64,000 nt of DNA, taken from contig JBMYND010000006.1 in assembly GCA_049597955.1 (NCBI GenBank), positions 19,928 to 83,927 on the forward strand, given 5' to 3'. A model generated the notes under the pieces. That model was not told where the DNA came from. It was given only the letters and a program-made list of their open reading frames with translations, and made no database searches. Of this stretch, positions 37,085-44,935 are shown piece after piece. The translations under genes were made by a program, and so were the position numbers. Position 1 is the stretch's first letter. The number at the start of each line of letters is the position of its first letter. This DNA comes from Parvibaculales bacterium. GTDB lineage: Bacteria; Pseudomonadota; Alphaproteobacteria; RS24.

Positions 37085-37118
37085 GGTTTTCCTCCTGGTT
37101 CTTTCTCGGAACCCAAAT

Positions 37119-37136
37119 AATGACGCCTGCGTCATT
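37119..37136. promoter_or_regulatory. Perfect palindromic operator AATGACGC-CT-GCGTCATT upstream of the first P450 gene
   Basis: 8-bp arms, 35-52 nt upstream of the start codon. 17/18 identical to 38575-38592. Confidence 0.6.
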
Positions 37137-37212
37137 GATTGTAAGCATGGCTCAAAATTCAAATCAAGCGGTTTTTAGGCGCGCGGCTTTGGCGGCGTGA
37201 CCCCAGGCGCGC

Positions 37213-38553
37213 TCAGCCAATTCCCAAATCAACTTCCAAATGCGAAATCGCATTGACGAAATTATTCGGCGCATGCGCCTGTTGGCCGGTCCATTGCACA
37301 TTGGGAAAACGCTCCAATATGCGTCGATAGGCGGTTTCCAACTGCATGGTGGCAATGCGCTGGCCAAGACACACATGCGGGCCAGTGCCAAAGGCCAAAT
37401 GGTCGCCGGCATTATTGCGGTGAATATCCATCCGGTCAGGGTCGTGAAACACTTCCGGGTCACGATTGGCCGCGCCATACCACATCACCACTTTCTCGCC
37501 CGGCATGATTTTCTGGCCGGAAAATTCCGCCTCGGCCAGCGCCGTGCGGCGCATATACATAACCGGCGAGACCAGCCGCAAGGCTTCCGGCACCAGCTTG
37601 GGTATCAATTGCGGGTCATCGAGCAGCATTTGTTTCTGGTCGGGAAATTGCGACAAAAGCCGCATCGTGCCGGACAAGGAATTGCGCGTCGTGTCATTGC
37701 CGGCAAAAATGATAAGCAGCCATGAGCCGTCAAGGTAAGACTGGTCCATCGGCTCGCCATCAACCTCGGTGGTGGCAATCACGGTCAATAAATCATCGCG
37801 CGGATTTTTGCGCCGCTCTTCGAGGATTTTCTGCCCGAAGCGGAACATTTGCCGGATATTCCACATAAATTTCATCACGAAAAGCGGCGATATTTTAGCG
37901 TCCGGGTCGGTGGTGATATATTGCGCCAGCTCCAAATAATGCATCCAGCGGACGATTTTCGGGCGGTCTTTTTCATCAATGCCGAGCATTTCGCACAGGG
38001 TAAACATGGGCAGCCATTCGGAAAAATTGGTCACCATATCAACCTTGCCGTCATTCTTTTTGGCCTTGGCTTCCATGCCGTCAAGCAGCCGGTCGACTTC
38101 CGCCGCCACGCTTTGTTGCAGGCGGGCAATATAATCGGGCGTGAAAAACGGCCGATGCGCCATGCGCAGCGGGATGTGGAAGGGCTGGTCCATATTTATC
38201 ATACTGTTGAGCGCGGCGGCGCTCAGCCGTTTGGGGCCGCGCGATTCAGCCGAATAACCCATTAAAATGCCGCCCGTGCCGGAAGAAAAAGTCTTGGCGT
38301 TCAAATCGCACGCTTTCACATCCTCATAGCGCGACAGCGACCAAAAACCGGCCACATCTGTGGTTGCGGGTGGCTGCCACCAAGAAACCGGCGCGGCCTC
38401 CCGCAGGCGGTGGAAATAGTCATAGGGCTGGCCATGGTCACGAAAGGCCATAATATCAAGCAGGTCAAAGCCATCCGGCGTGGCGTATTTTATGCCTTGC
38501 GGCGGCCGGTATCCATTGTCTTCCGGCTGGATGATTTCGGACAGCGCTTCCAT
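37213..38553 (-). CDS. Cytochrome P450 (divergent CYP153-like)
   Basis: LLIIFAGNDTTRNS, haem loop FGTGPHVCLGQRIA. Start at MEALSE (38553) with a GGGAGA RBS. The longer ORF runs antisense through the tRNA gene. Confidence 0.85.
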   Translation of the reverse strand: MEALSEIIQPEDNGYRPPQGIKYATPDGFDLLDIMAFRDHGQPYDYFHRLREAAPVSWWQPPATTDVAGFWSLSRYEDVKACDLNAKTFSSGTGGILMGYSAESRGPKRLSAAALNSMINMDQPFHIPLRMAHRPFFTPDYIARLQQSVAAEVDRLLDGMEAKAKKNDGKVDMVTNFSEWLPMFTLCEMLGIDEKDRPKIVRWMHYLELAQYITTDPDAKISPLFVMKFMWNIRQMFRFGQKILEERRKNPRDDLLTVIATTEVDGEPMDQSYLDGSWLLIIFAGNDTTRNSLSGTMRLLSQFPDQKQMLLDDPQLIPKLVPEALRLVSPVMYMRRTALAEAEFSGQKIMPGEKVVMWYGAANRDPEVFHDPDRMDIHRNNAGDHLAFGTGPHVCLGQRIATMQLETAYRRILERFPNVQWTGQQAHAPNNFVNAISHLEVDLGIG

Positions 38554-38574
38554 GCATTTCTCCCGTTCAAACAA

Positions 38575-38592
38575 AATGACGCCTGTGTCATT
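38575..38592. promoter_or_regulatory. Palindromic operator AATGACGC-CT-GTGTCATT upstream of the second P450 gene
   Basis: Same motif as 37119-37136 with one substitution. Arms extend to AAAATGAC/GTCATTTT (38573-38594). 22-39 nt upstream of the start. Confidence 0.6.
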
Positions 38593-38675
38593 TTGATAAT
38601 ATATCTGCAAAACGGCGCGCTTCAAGGGCCGAGATAGGGCGTTAAGTTTGCGGTTCATCGCCCCCAATACGCCTC

Positions 38676-38703
38676 TTGAAATTATGGTCATGCAGGATAT
38701 AAC
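38676..38703 (+). promoter_or_regulatory. Candidate promoter of tRNA-Ser
   Basis: TTGAAA (38676-38681), 16-nt spacer, TATAAC (38698-38703), 11 nt before the tRNA 5' end. Confidence 0.45.
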
Positions 38704-38714
38704 ACACGCCATGC

Positions 38715-38804
38715 GGAGAGGTGCCGGAGTGGTCGAACGGGGCGGTCTCGAAAACCGTTGTGCCTTTGCGGGTACCGAGGGTTCGAATCCCTCTCTCTCC
38801 GCCA
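38715..38804 (+). tRNA. tRNA-Ser (anticodon CGA), class II with a long variable arm, encoded CCA
   Basis: Hand-folded. Acceptor GGAGAGG/UCUCUCC, anticodon stem GCGGU/ACCGU, loop CUCGAAA, T arm GAGGG-UUCGAAU-CCCUC, terminal GCCA. Confidence 0.95.
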
Positions 38805-38838
38805 TACATTCTTTTAAGTTATTGTTTTATATTGTAAA

Positions 38839-39276
38839 TTAGCTGGCGCACCAGGGTTTTTTGCCGGGCTTATAAAGCCGCGCCAAATCCGCCCCCATCA
38901 GCGCACCGGCCAAATCGCCCTTGCCGCTTTGCACCGCCGCCAGCAAGCGGCCATAACGCCCGCGCCCGCGCACGTCCAGCATGACCGGCGGCACGGAAAG
39001 CCAATCGGCGGCAAAGGCTTTGGCGGCGCGCGCAAGGCGCTTTTCGCGGTCGCATTTGCCCCGCAATTCCGGCGTATCAATATCGGCCAGGCGCACGCGC
39101 ACATGAAAACCCTGCCCGTCAGCCAGCGCCAGAACAGCATCAAATGTGTCACCGTCAATCACCCGAATATCGCTCACCTGCACTTGCAAACCGCGATTTT
39201 TCCAATCGGCGGCATGGACATTGGCGCTCATATGGGCCGGTGCGAGCATGAGCAACACAAATATAAAATATCGCAT
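38839..39276 (-). CDS. Thermonuclease (staphylococcal nuclease-like) family protein, secreted
   Basis: VIDGDTFD...VRLADIDTPE motif. Signal peptide MRYFIFVLLMLAPAHMSANVHA. Start at M11 of the ORF. Confidence 0.8.
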   Translation of the reverse strand: MRYFIFVLLMLAPAHMSANVHAADWKNRGLQVQVSDIRVIDGDTFDAVLALADGQGFHVRVRLADIDTPELRGKCDREKRLARAAKAFAADWLSVPPVMLDVRGRGRYGRLLAAVQSGKGDLAGALMGADLARLYKPGKKPWCAS

Positions 39277-39333
39277 TCCTACTCCCTGACCCCGCGCCAC
39301 TGCCAACAGGGCAGCAGCGCGAGTGCCGGGGCG

Positions 39334-39461
39334 TTGAAAACCGACACGTTCATCGGCGCGACGTATTCGCGTAAAGCATTATTCCGCCACCGCCCCGACA
39401 GGGCGGCGAGGTGTTATTTAAGAAACGGCCCTCCACCGTTTCGAACGTGTTGGGTTTTCAA
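39334..39461. other. Structured about 128-nt intergenic element: a long-range inverted repeat enclosing three local hairpins
   Basis: TTGAAAACC-G-ACACGTTC (39334-39351) pairs with GAACGTGT-TG-GGTTTTCAA (39443-39461), 17 bp. Inner hairpins at 39357-39371, 39390-39406 and 39422-39442. Confidence 0.45.
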
Positions 39462-39566
39462 GCCCGGTGCAATATGCACGTTCACACATTGCCATGCTTC
39501 TCACCCTTTTGGCCAATTTTTTCCGCGCGGGTTTTAGGCATGGCGGGTTTGACAGGACGCGGCGCC

Positions 39567-40706
39567 CTATGGCCGGTCGAGCGGCAGCTTATACAGCAAT
39601 TCGCGGCGACCTTGGTCATTGATGACGGCAAAGCGCATTTCGGCGGCCCTTGGGTCAATCTCAATCAGCGAAAAACTGCCGGTTTTGACGTAAAGCGGTG
39701 AGATTTGCAGCGCGTCTTGCTCATTCGCCGACCTCCAGGGCGCATTGGCCGAGCCGACCGTCAATTCGGTGAATTGCTCTTGCGTGCCATCGGCACGGGT
39801 GACCGGTTCGGAGCGGTAAAAGGCACTGATATGCCGGTCGCCGGAAACAAAGGCCGCAACACCGCCCTTGCGCGCCGCCACAGCCTGCAAAAGCCGCCTG
39901 CGCTCCAACGGAAAATTGTGCCATTTTTCAAAACCGTGGTCGCGCGCCAGCACTTGAATGGAAGACACAATCAGCCGCACATCCGCCGGTTGCGCCAATT
40001 CCTGCTTCAGCCATTGCCATTGCGCCTTGCCGAGCATGCTGGCGGCGGCATCCATATTAACGGCATAGCGGAGGCCGCGCACCACGCGGTCATAAAAGCT
40101 GGCGCGGGTCAACGGCGCACGAAACCAGCGCGTATCAAGCATAATGACTTGCACATCAACCCCGCCAATCCGCCGACGGAAACTGTGATACAGGCCGGGG
40201 CGGAAGCGGCGCGGGTCATTATCGGCCACATTGAAATGCTCAAGAAACAGCGCCTTTGCCGCCTGTTTATGCGGATAATCAGCCCCGCCATCATTGCGGC
40301 CATAATCATGGTCATCCCAAATCGCCTCAATTTCGGCAAAGGCTGACAGGTTAAACTTGCTGGCCGCCATGCGATAGGCGGCTTTAAGATTGGCCAAATC
40401 AGCCGTTTCACTGTCGCCATAAACATTGTCGCCGAGCATCAGCAAAAGCGAGGGGTAAGTGTTGGCGATTTGCGAAACAATCGACGCATCGCGCTTTTGG
40501 TCAAAGCAGGAAACCAATGCCATTGTAAAAGGCGCCATTGAGGGGGGAGTGTCGGCGGCAATCAACCCACCGGCCAAAGTCTCGCGCATGACCGGCGCAG
40601 GCAGCGCGCCCTCGCTTTGGGCATGGGCGGCAGTGGCCATGAAGCCGGCCAGCATCAGGCAAAGCAGCCATGTGTATGTTGAATTCATCATGCTTGATTG
40701 TGTCAT
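39567..40706 (-). CDS. PhoD-like alkaline phosphatase/phosphodiesterase (metallophosphatase), secreted
   Basis: LLMLGDNVYGD, IWDDHDYGRNDGG, VSGDRH. N-terminal signal peptide ending AHAQ. Confidence 0.8.
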   Translation of the reverse strand: MTQSSMMNSTYTWLLCLMLAGFMATAAHAQSEGALPAPVMRETLAGGLIAADTPPSMAPFTMALVSCFDQKRDASIVSQIANTYPSLLLMLGDNVYGDSETADLANLKAAYRMAASKFNLSAFAEIEAIWDDHDYGRNDGGADYPHKQAAKALFLEHFNVADNDPRRFRPGLYHSFRRRIGGVDVQVIMLDTRWFRAPLTRASFYDRVVRGLRYAVNMDAAASMLGKAQWQWLKQELAQPADVRLIVSSIQVLARDHGFEKWHNFPLERRRLLQAVAARKGGVAAFVSGDRHISAFYRSEPVTRADGTQEQFTELTVGSANAPWRSANEQDALQISPLYVKTGSFSLIEIDPRAAEMRFAVINDQGRRELLYKLPLDRP

Positions 40707-40730
40707 GACTTATTGTGCCAAAGCTGAGCA

Positions 40731-40769
40731 TAAAATGAAAGGCGGCCTGTCAAATTGTGACAGGCCGCC
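40731..40769 (-). terminator. Rho-independent terminator downstream of the 40794-43982 TBDR gene
   Basis: 12-bp perfect stem GGCGGCCTGTCA (40741-40752) / TGACAGGCCGCC (40758-40769), then TTTCATTTTA on the minus strand. Confidence 0.75.
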
Positions 40770-40793
40770 CTGAACATTTTTGCGAGCAAAGGC

Positions 40794-43700
40794 TCAGAAG
40801 CGATATTTTACACCCAGCTTCACTGCCCACAAAGATACATCTGAATTAACCGAAGACACGGTTGGCGTGCTGAGATTTGAATAGGTGATGGTTGTGCCAT
40901 CATCGCTTAAATCGCCGTCAACCACATTTATCATGCGCGGAAAACCGGGTTCATCCAACACACCCCAATCGCTGTTCAGGAAATTGGTCAGATTTTTCAT
41001 CACGAAATAGGCTGATGCTTGGCCATAGCGGTCATCTTTATACAATTCCTGCTCGGCATAGAGATCAATTTTGAAGAAATCGCTGCCCTCAAGCGAATTG
41101 CGGGGCAAAACCTGACCCGCATAGGCCATTGCACCAACTTCGCGCAAATAGTCGAAGAAACGCTCTGTCTGCGCAGCATTCGTGGCCGCATCATCACTGA
41201 AGTTGAAATTGACCAACGGGTCATTTGCCCCGGTAGGAATATACATCAGCTTGGAAGATGTCCGGAAAATTTGGTTGAGACCAAATGAACTTCCGCGGTC
41301 ATATTTATAAGTCAGGCTATAGGGACGCCCCGTATTGCCATTGCCCGACAGCGAGAATTTCGTTTTGCGGTTGGGCATGAACTCAGTTTCATAACGAACA
41401 CGGAATGTGTAGCGATTTTCGACGCTGAAATTGGTGCGCGACAAATTGCGGGCTTCCGGGTCGTTAAAAGCACTATTCATATAGTTGGAAAAAGCTACTG
41501 AACTGGTCATGGAATGTGTGTCTTCAGCGTCCACATGAGCGTAGGAGACAACCCAGCTTAACCCATTATCATATTCGCGACCAAGGCTTGCCGACAAAGT
41601 CAGGCTTTTGCTTTCACCAGAATTGGTCAGCACCCAAGCATCGGGGCTTGCGACATCATCATAGGTTGGGAACAAACCGCCAAGAGCTGTGCCACTGGCC
41701 TGTGCTTCGGAGGCCACAATTCCGGCCTGATCGTCCGATTGTGAAATCAGCAGGTCGAAATTAAGCACATATTCACCCAGCAATTGCGTGCCGCCAATGG
41801 CATATTTCCATTCAGTCGGTATGTCGAAATTCGGATCAAGCACATTCATTTCAAAACCCGGCGAACCGGTGCCGGCCACAAGCGCATTATAAAGGTCGGT
41901 TGGTGTGCCATAGCCCGGGCAGGGTGCCGTCTGACCGCCACGACAATTTGACCAGGCAATGTCAAACAATGTGTTATCCGCCGCAAAGTCTCGCTGGCTG
42001 GGTTGCAATTGGGTCAGGAAATCGCCGGTCATATTATTGGAAATCCAGACTGTCGGATTACCGCCCCCAAATTGACCAATACCACCCCGCAAAGTGAGCA
42101 CATCTGACATGTCATAGGTCACGCCAAGGCGCGGCAAGAGAAGGCTTTTACCATCCAGATTGGCAGTATTTGCATAGCCATAGGCATCAACAAAATCACT
42201 GTTGAGCTGCGGCGTGTCATCCATTTCATACCACTCATAACGCAGGCCCGCGACAAGCTCCAATTTGTCCATAACCATTGTGTTCTGCACAAAGGCCGTA
42301 TTCACTGTATAGCCCCAATCAGCAGCAGCATCGGCGACATTGCCTGACGGTGCATTGCCGTAATACAGAACATTGGCAATACCGGCTTCAAAATCGGCAA
42401 TTGAGTCAAAGCGGGTTTCCGTCAAATTATGTTGCACAAAAATATTGTAAATGTCAGACGCCTCACGCTCATAACCGAACAGCAATTGGCCATATGCGCT
42501 GTCGTAAAACGCTTTGGCCGACAAGGTGGTCGTGTCATAGGCCATGCTGTTGGCGTGGCGGCTGTCATCCGAGCCAATATAGACAGTTGCCTCATCATTA
42601 TTGGCATTGGCCACATCAATTTGCATTTCGCCGAACACCAGACCATCTTTTGAAATCTGACGGTTTTTCAGGTCAAAAAAGCTGTAATTAAATTCGGTCG
42701 ATAATTTGTCCGACCATTGTGACTTCAGTGAAGCGCGATACGAAGTCATTTCCGCGCCGCGCTCATAGAGATGTTTGTCAAATTCAAACTCATTCGCATC
42801 ACCGTCGGATTCAGAAATATTGAAGCCATCATTATAATTATAGACCAAACCAATTTGGTGGCGGTCATCGAGCAAATAATCAAGTTTGATGAGATATTTT
42901 GTGTCATCGACAGGCACTGAAGCTGGCGTGCCGCCGACATCATAACCATATACGTCACGCGCAATACGGATAATGTCATTATAATTGGCTTGCGTCAGAC
43001 CGGCGACCGGCTCTGCAGCTCCTGACGTCTCGTGACCGCGCTTGAAAATATCCTCGCCGGAAAAGCTTTCATAATTAATATAGAAAAACGCCTTGTCCTT
43101 GATGATTGGGCCTCCGAAAGAAAAGCCCATTTTATCTTCCGAATAAGAAGCGATATTGACCGACTGGCCCTGCAACTCATCGCCTTGCAGGCTGTCACTG
43201 GCCATTTCAAAAAAGAATGAACCGCCGAATTCATTGGTGCCGGACTTGGTTACCGCATTGATGTTACAACCGGAAAAGCCACCATATTGAACATCGAAAG
43301 GGGCCAACTCAACAGCAATAGTTTGCAAGGAATCATAAGAGAAAGGCATGCGTTGTGTGGGATAGCCATTGGAATTCAGACCAAAGCCATCATTCATGCG
43401 AACGCCGTCAACCGTTGTGCTGTTAAAGCGCGGGCTGGCACCGGCACATTGAACGGAGTTGACAAAACCCTCATCCACCCAAAGACGTGGGTCAGATTTA
43501 ATCATATCGACCAAATCCCGATTATAGGCAGCTGCCGTATCCAAATCCTCTTCCGAGAAAACGGCGGACGGGCCGGTTGCCAATTGCGCAATTGAAATCG
43601 CTTCGGCCTGCACAACCACCTCATCTGTGGCTGATGCCGGTTGCAGCGTAATATCGGCGGAGGCGGTTTCACCGAGACTGAGGAAAATGCCAGTCACTGT

Positions 43701-43982
43701 GCGGGCGCGATAATCTGCGTCGGCCACAATGACTTCATAAGGGCCACCAATGTTCAAATTTGGCAGTGTCACCAAACCATCTGCATTGGTGCGGCCACGC
43801 CGGGTCGCGCCTGTTCGCGTATCGCGAATAACGACTTCAATATTCGCGCCGGGCTGGCCAGCATTATCCAGCAAACGGGCGCGAAATGCCGAAGATGTGT
43901 CTTGCGCCATGACCGATGGTGCGGCCATGGTCAGTGCAAGAGCAATTGAAACTTTAGGTAAAAACTTGTTCAGAGGGGCCAT
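40794..43982 (-). CDS. TonB-dependent receptor with N-terminal carboxypeptidase-regulatory-like domain (Oar-like)
   Basis: 1062 aa. Signal peptide, then RARLLDNAGQPGANIEVVIRDTRTG...DGLVTLPNLNIGGPYEVIV. C-terminal GVKYRF. Confidence 0.85.
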   Translation of the reverse strand: MAPLNKFLPKVSIALALTMAAPSVMAQDTSSAFRARLLDNAGQPGANIEVVIRDTRTGATRRGRTNADGLVTLPNLNIGGPYEVIVADADYRARTVTGIFLSLGETASADITLQPASATDEVVVQAEAISIAQLATGPSAVFSEEDLDTAAAYNRDLVDMIKSDPRLWVDEGFVNSVQCAGASPRFNSTTVDGVRMNDGFGLNSNGYPTQRMPFSYDSLQTIAVELAPFDVQYGGFSGCNINAVTKSGTNEFGGSFFFEMASDSLQGDELQGQSVNIASYSEDKMGFSFGGPIIKDKAFFYINYESFSGEDIFKRGHETSGAAEPVAGLTQANYNDIIRIARDVYGYDVGGTPASVPVDDTKYLIKLDYLLDDRHQIGLVYNYNDGFNISESDGDANEFEFDKHLYERGAEMTSYRASLKSQWSDKLSTEFNYSFFDLKNRQISKDGLVFGEMQIDVANANNDEATVYIGSDDSRHANSMAYDTTTLSAKAFYDSAYGQLLFGYEREASDIYNIFVQHNLTETRFDSIADFEAGIANVLYYGNAPSGNVADAAADWGYTVNTAFVQNTMVMDKLELVAGLRYEWYEMDDTPQLNSDFVDAYGYANTANLDGKSLLLPRLGVTYDMSDVLTLRGGIGQFGGGNPTVWISNNMTGDFLTQLQPSQRDFAADNTLFDIAWSNCRGGQTAPCPGYGTPTDLYNALVAGTGSPGFEMNVLDPNFDIPTEWKYAIGGTQLLGEYVLNFDLLISQSDDQAGIVASEAQASGTALGGLFPTYDDVASPDAWVLTNSGESKSLTLSASLGREYDNGLSWVVSYAHVDAEDTHSMTSSVAFSNYMNSAFNDPEARNLSRTNFSVENRYTFRVRYETEFMPNRKTKFSLSGNGNTGRPYSLTYKYDRGSSFGLNQIFRTSSKLMYIPTGANDPLVNFNFSDDAATNAAQTERFFDYLREVGAMAYAGQVLPRNSLEGSDFFKIDLYAEQELYKDDRYGQASAYFVMKNLTNFLNSDWGVLDEPGFPRMINVVDGDLSDDGTTITYSNLSTPTVSSVNSDVSLWAVKLGVKYRF

Positions 43983-44020
43983 AATTTACTCCTGTCATGG
44001 GTCAGTATGTAAAACCACCC

Positions 44021-44042
44021 AAACGCGACAAAAACGCGACAA
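44021..44042. promoter_or_regulatory. Two perfect tandem 11-bp direct repeats (AAACGCGACAA x2) in the TBDR / S1-P1 nuclease divergent promoter region
   Basis: Read directly. The minus strand reads TTGTCGCGTTT TTGTCGCGTTT. The 11-bp phasing is typical of winged-helix response-regulator sites. Confidence 0.4.
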
Positions 44043-44124
44043 TACTGTTGACTTATTGTGATTTAGAAAAATTTCATACAATTCAAGTGGATTTTTATTC
44101 ATTTAGATATTTATCTAAATAGAG

Positions 44125-44934
44125 ATGAAAATTATTTTTCGAAACAAAATTTCGGTATTGATAATGTTGGCAGCTATGGCCGCGCCGGCACCGGCATGGG
44201 CGTGGGGTAAAACCGGCCATAGGGTCACGGCCGCAATAGCTGAAGATTTGCTCAATGCCTCGGCCAGGGCAGAAATTCGTCGCCTTTTGGGCCGCGAAAC
44301 CCTCAGTGAGGCCGCCGTTTGGCCAGATTTCATGCGATCCGACCCGTCTCCCTTCTGGCAGAAAACATCATCGCCTTTGCATTATGTCACTATTCCGGAC
44401 AATCGCCGCTACAGGGAAACCAAGCCGCCGGTTAAGGGTGATGCCATGACGGCGCTGGCGAAATTTACCTCTGATTTGCAAGACGCGCAGGCCAAACAAG
44501 CTGATAAGGCGCTGGCGCTCAAATTTATTATTCACATTATTGGCGATTTACACCAACCCTTGCATGTTGGCCGCCCCGGCGATGCTGGCGGTAATTTAAT
44601 AAATGTGACCTATTTTGGCACGCGCACCAATTTGCACCGGTTGTGGGACAGCGATATGATTGACGGCGAAAAACTCTCTTTCAGCGAATATGCCACTTTG
44701 TTGAAACAGAGTTACATGCCGCAAGAGGCGGCCGCACTGGCCGGGCTTATGGTCACTGACCCTCATGTCTGGATAAACGAAAGCCAGGCAATACGTGCCG
44801 AACTTTATCCCAAAAGCGACACCAAACTTGGCTATGACTATTTTTTTTCCCATCGCGACACGCTGCGCCAGCGTCTGTGGCAGGCTGGGGTGCGCATTGC
44901 CGCCTATCTCAATATGATATATGACGCGCCGTAA
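44125..44934 (+). CDS. S1/P1 nuclease family protein, secreted
   Basis: Mature N-terminus WGKTGHRVTAAIAE after the signal peptide. HIIGDLHQPLH. WDSDMI. Confidence 0.85.
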   Translation: MKIIFRNKISVLIMLAAMAAPAPAWAWGKTGHRVTAAIAEDLLNASARAEIRRLLGRETLSEAAVWPDFMRSDPSPFWQKTSSPLHYVTIPDNRRYRETKPPVKGDAMTALAKFTSDLQDAQAKQADKALALKFIIHIIGDLHQPLHVGRPGDAGGNLINVTYFGTRTNLHRLWDSDMIDGEKLSFSEYATLLKQSYMPQEAAALAGLMVTDPHVWINESQAIRAELYPKSDTKLGYDYFFSHRDTLRQRLWQAGVRIAAYLNMIYDAP

Positions 44935-44935
44935 G

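Noticed and set aside
37213-38805. 530-aa ORF suggesting a P450 with a long N-terminal extension
   Set aside because: The first 84 codons run antisense through tRNA-Ser (38715-38804); the FEPS...TTPAPL translation is typical of tRNA antisense. They also cross the promoter region. An internal ATG at 38553 with an RBS gives a normal 446-aa P450.
40706-40717. 12-mer TGACTTATTGTG shared with 44049-44060 (PhoD-like and TBDR/nuclease upstream regions)
   Set aside because: Exact 12-mer matches are expected on the order of a hundred times by chance among all position pairs in 64 kb. At 40706 it overlaps the start codon itself. Not enough support for a site.
43990-43998. Pho-box half-site CTGTCAT near the TBDR start
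   Set aside because: It is the reverse complement of the RBS region (ATGACAGGAG) directly upstream of the start codon. The putative second half-site matches only 3/7.
38715-44934. Genomic island integrated at tRNA-Ser
   Set aside because: No integrase, excisionase, transposase or plasmid/phage gene follows the tRNA. I could not find a direct repeat of the tRNA 3' end downstream. The adjacency is noted but not called a mobile element.
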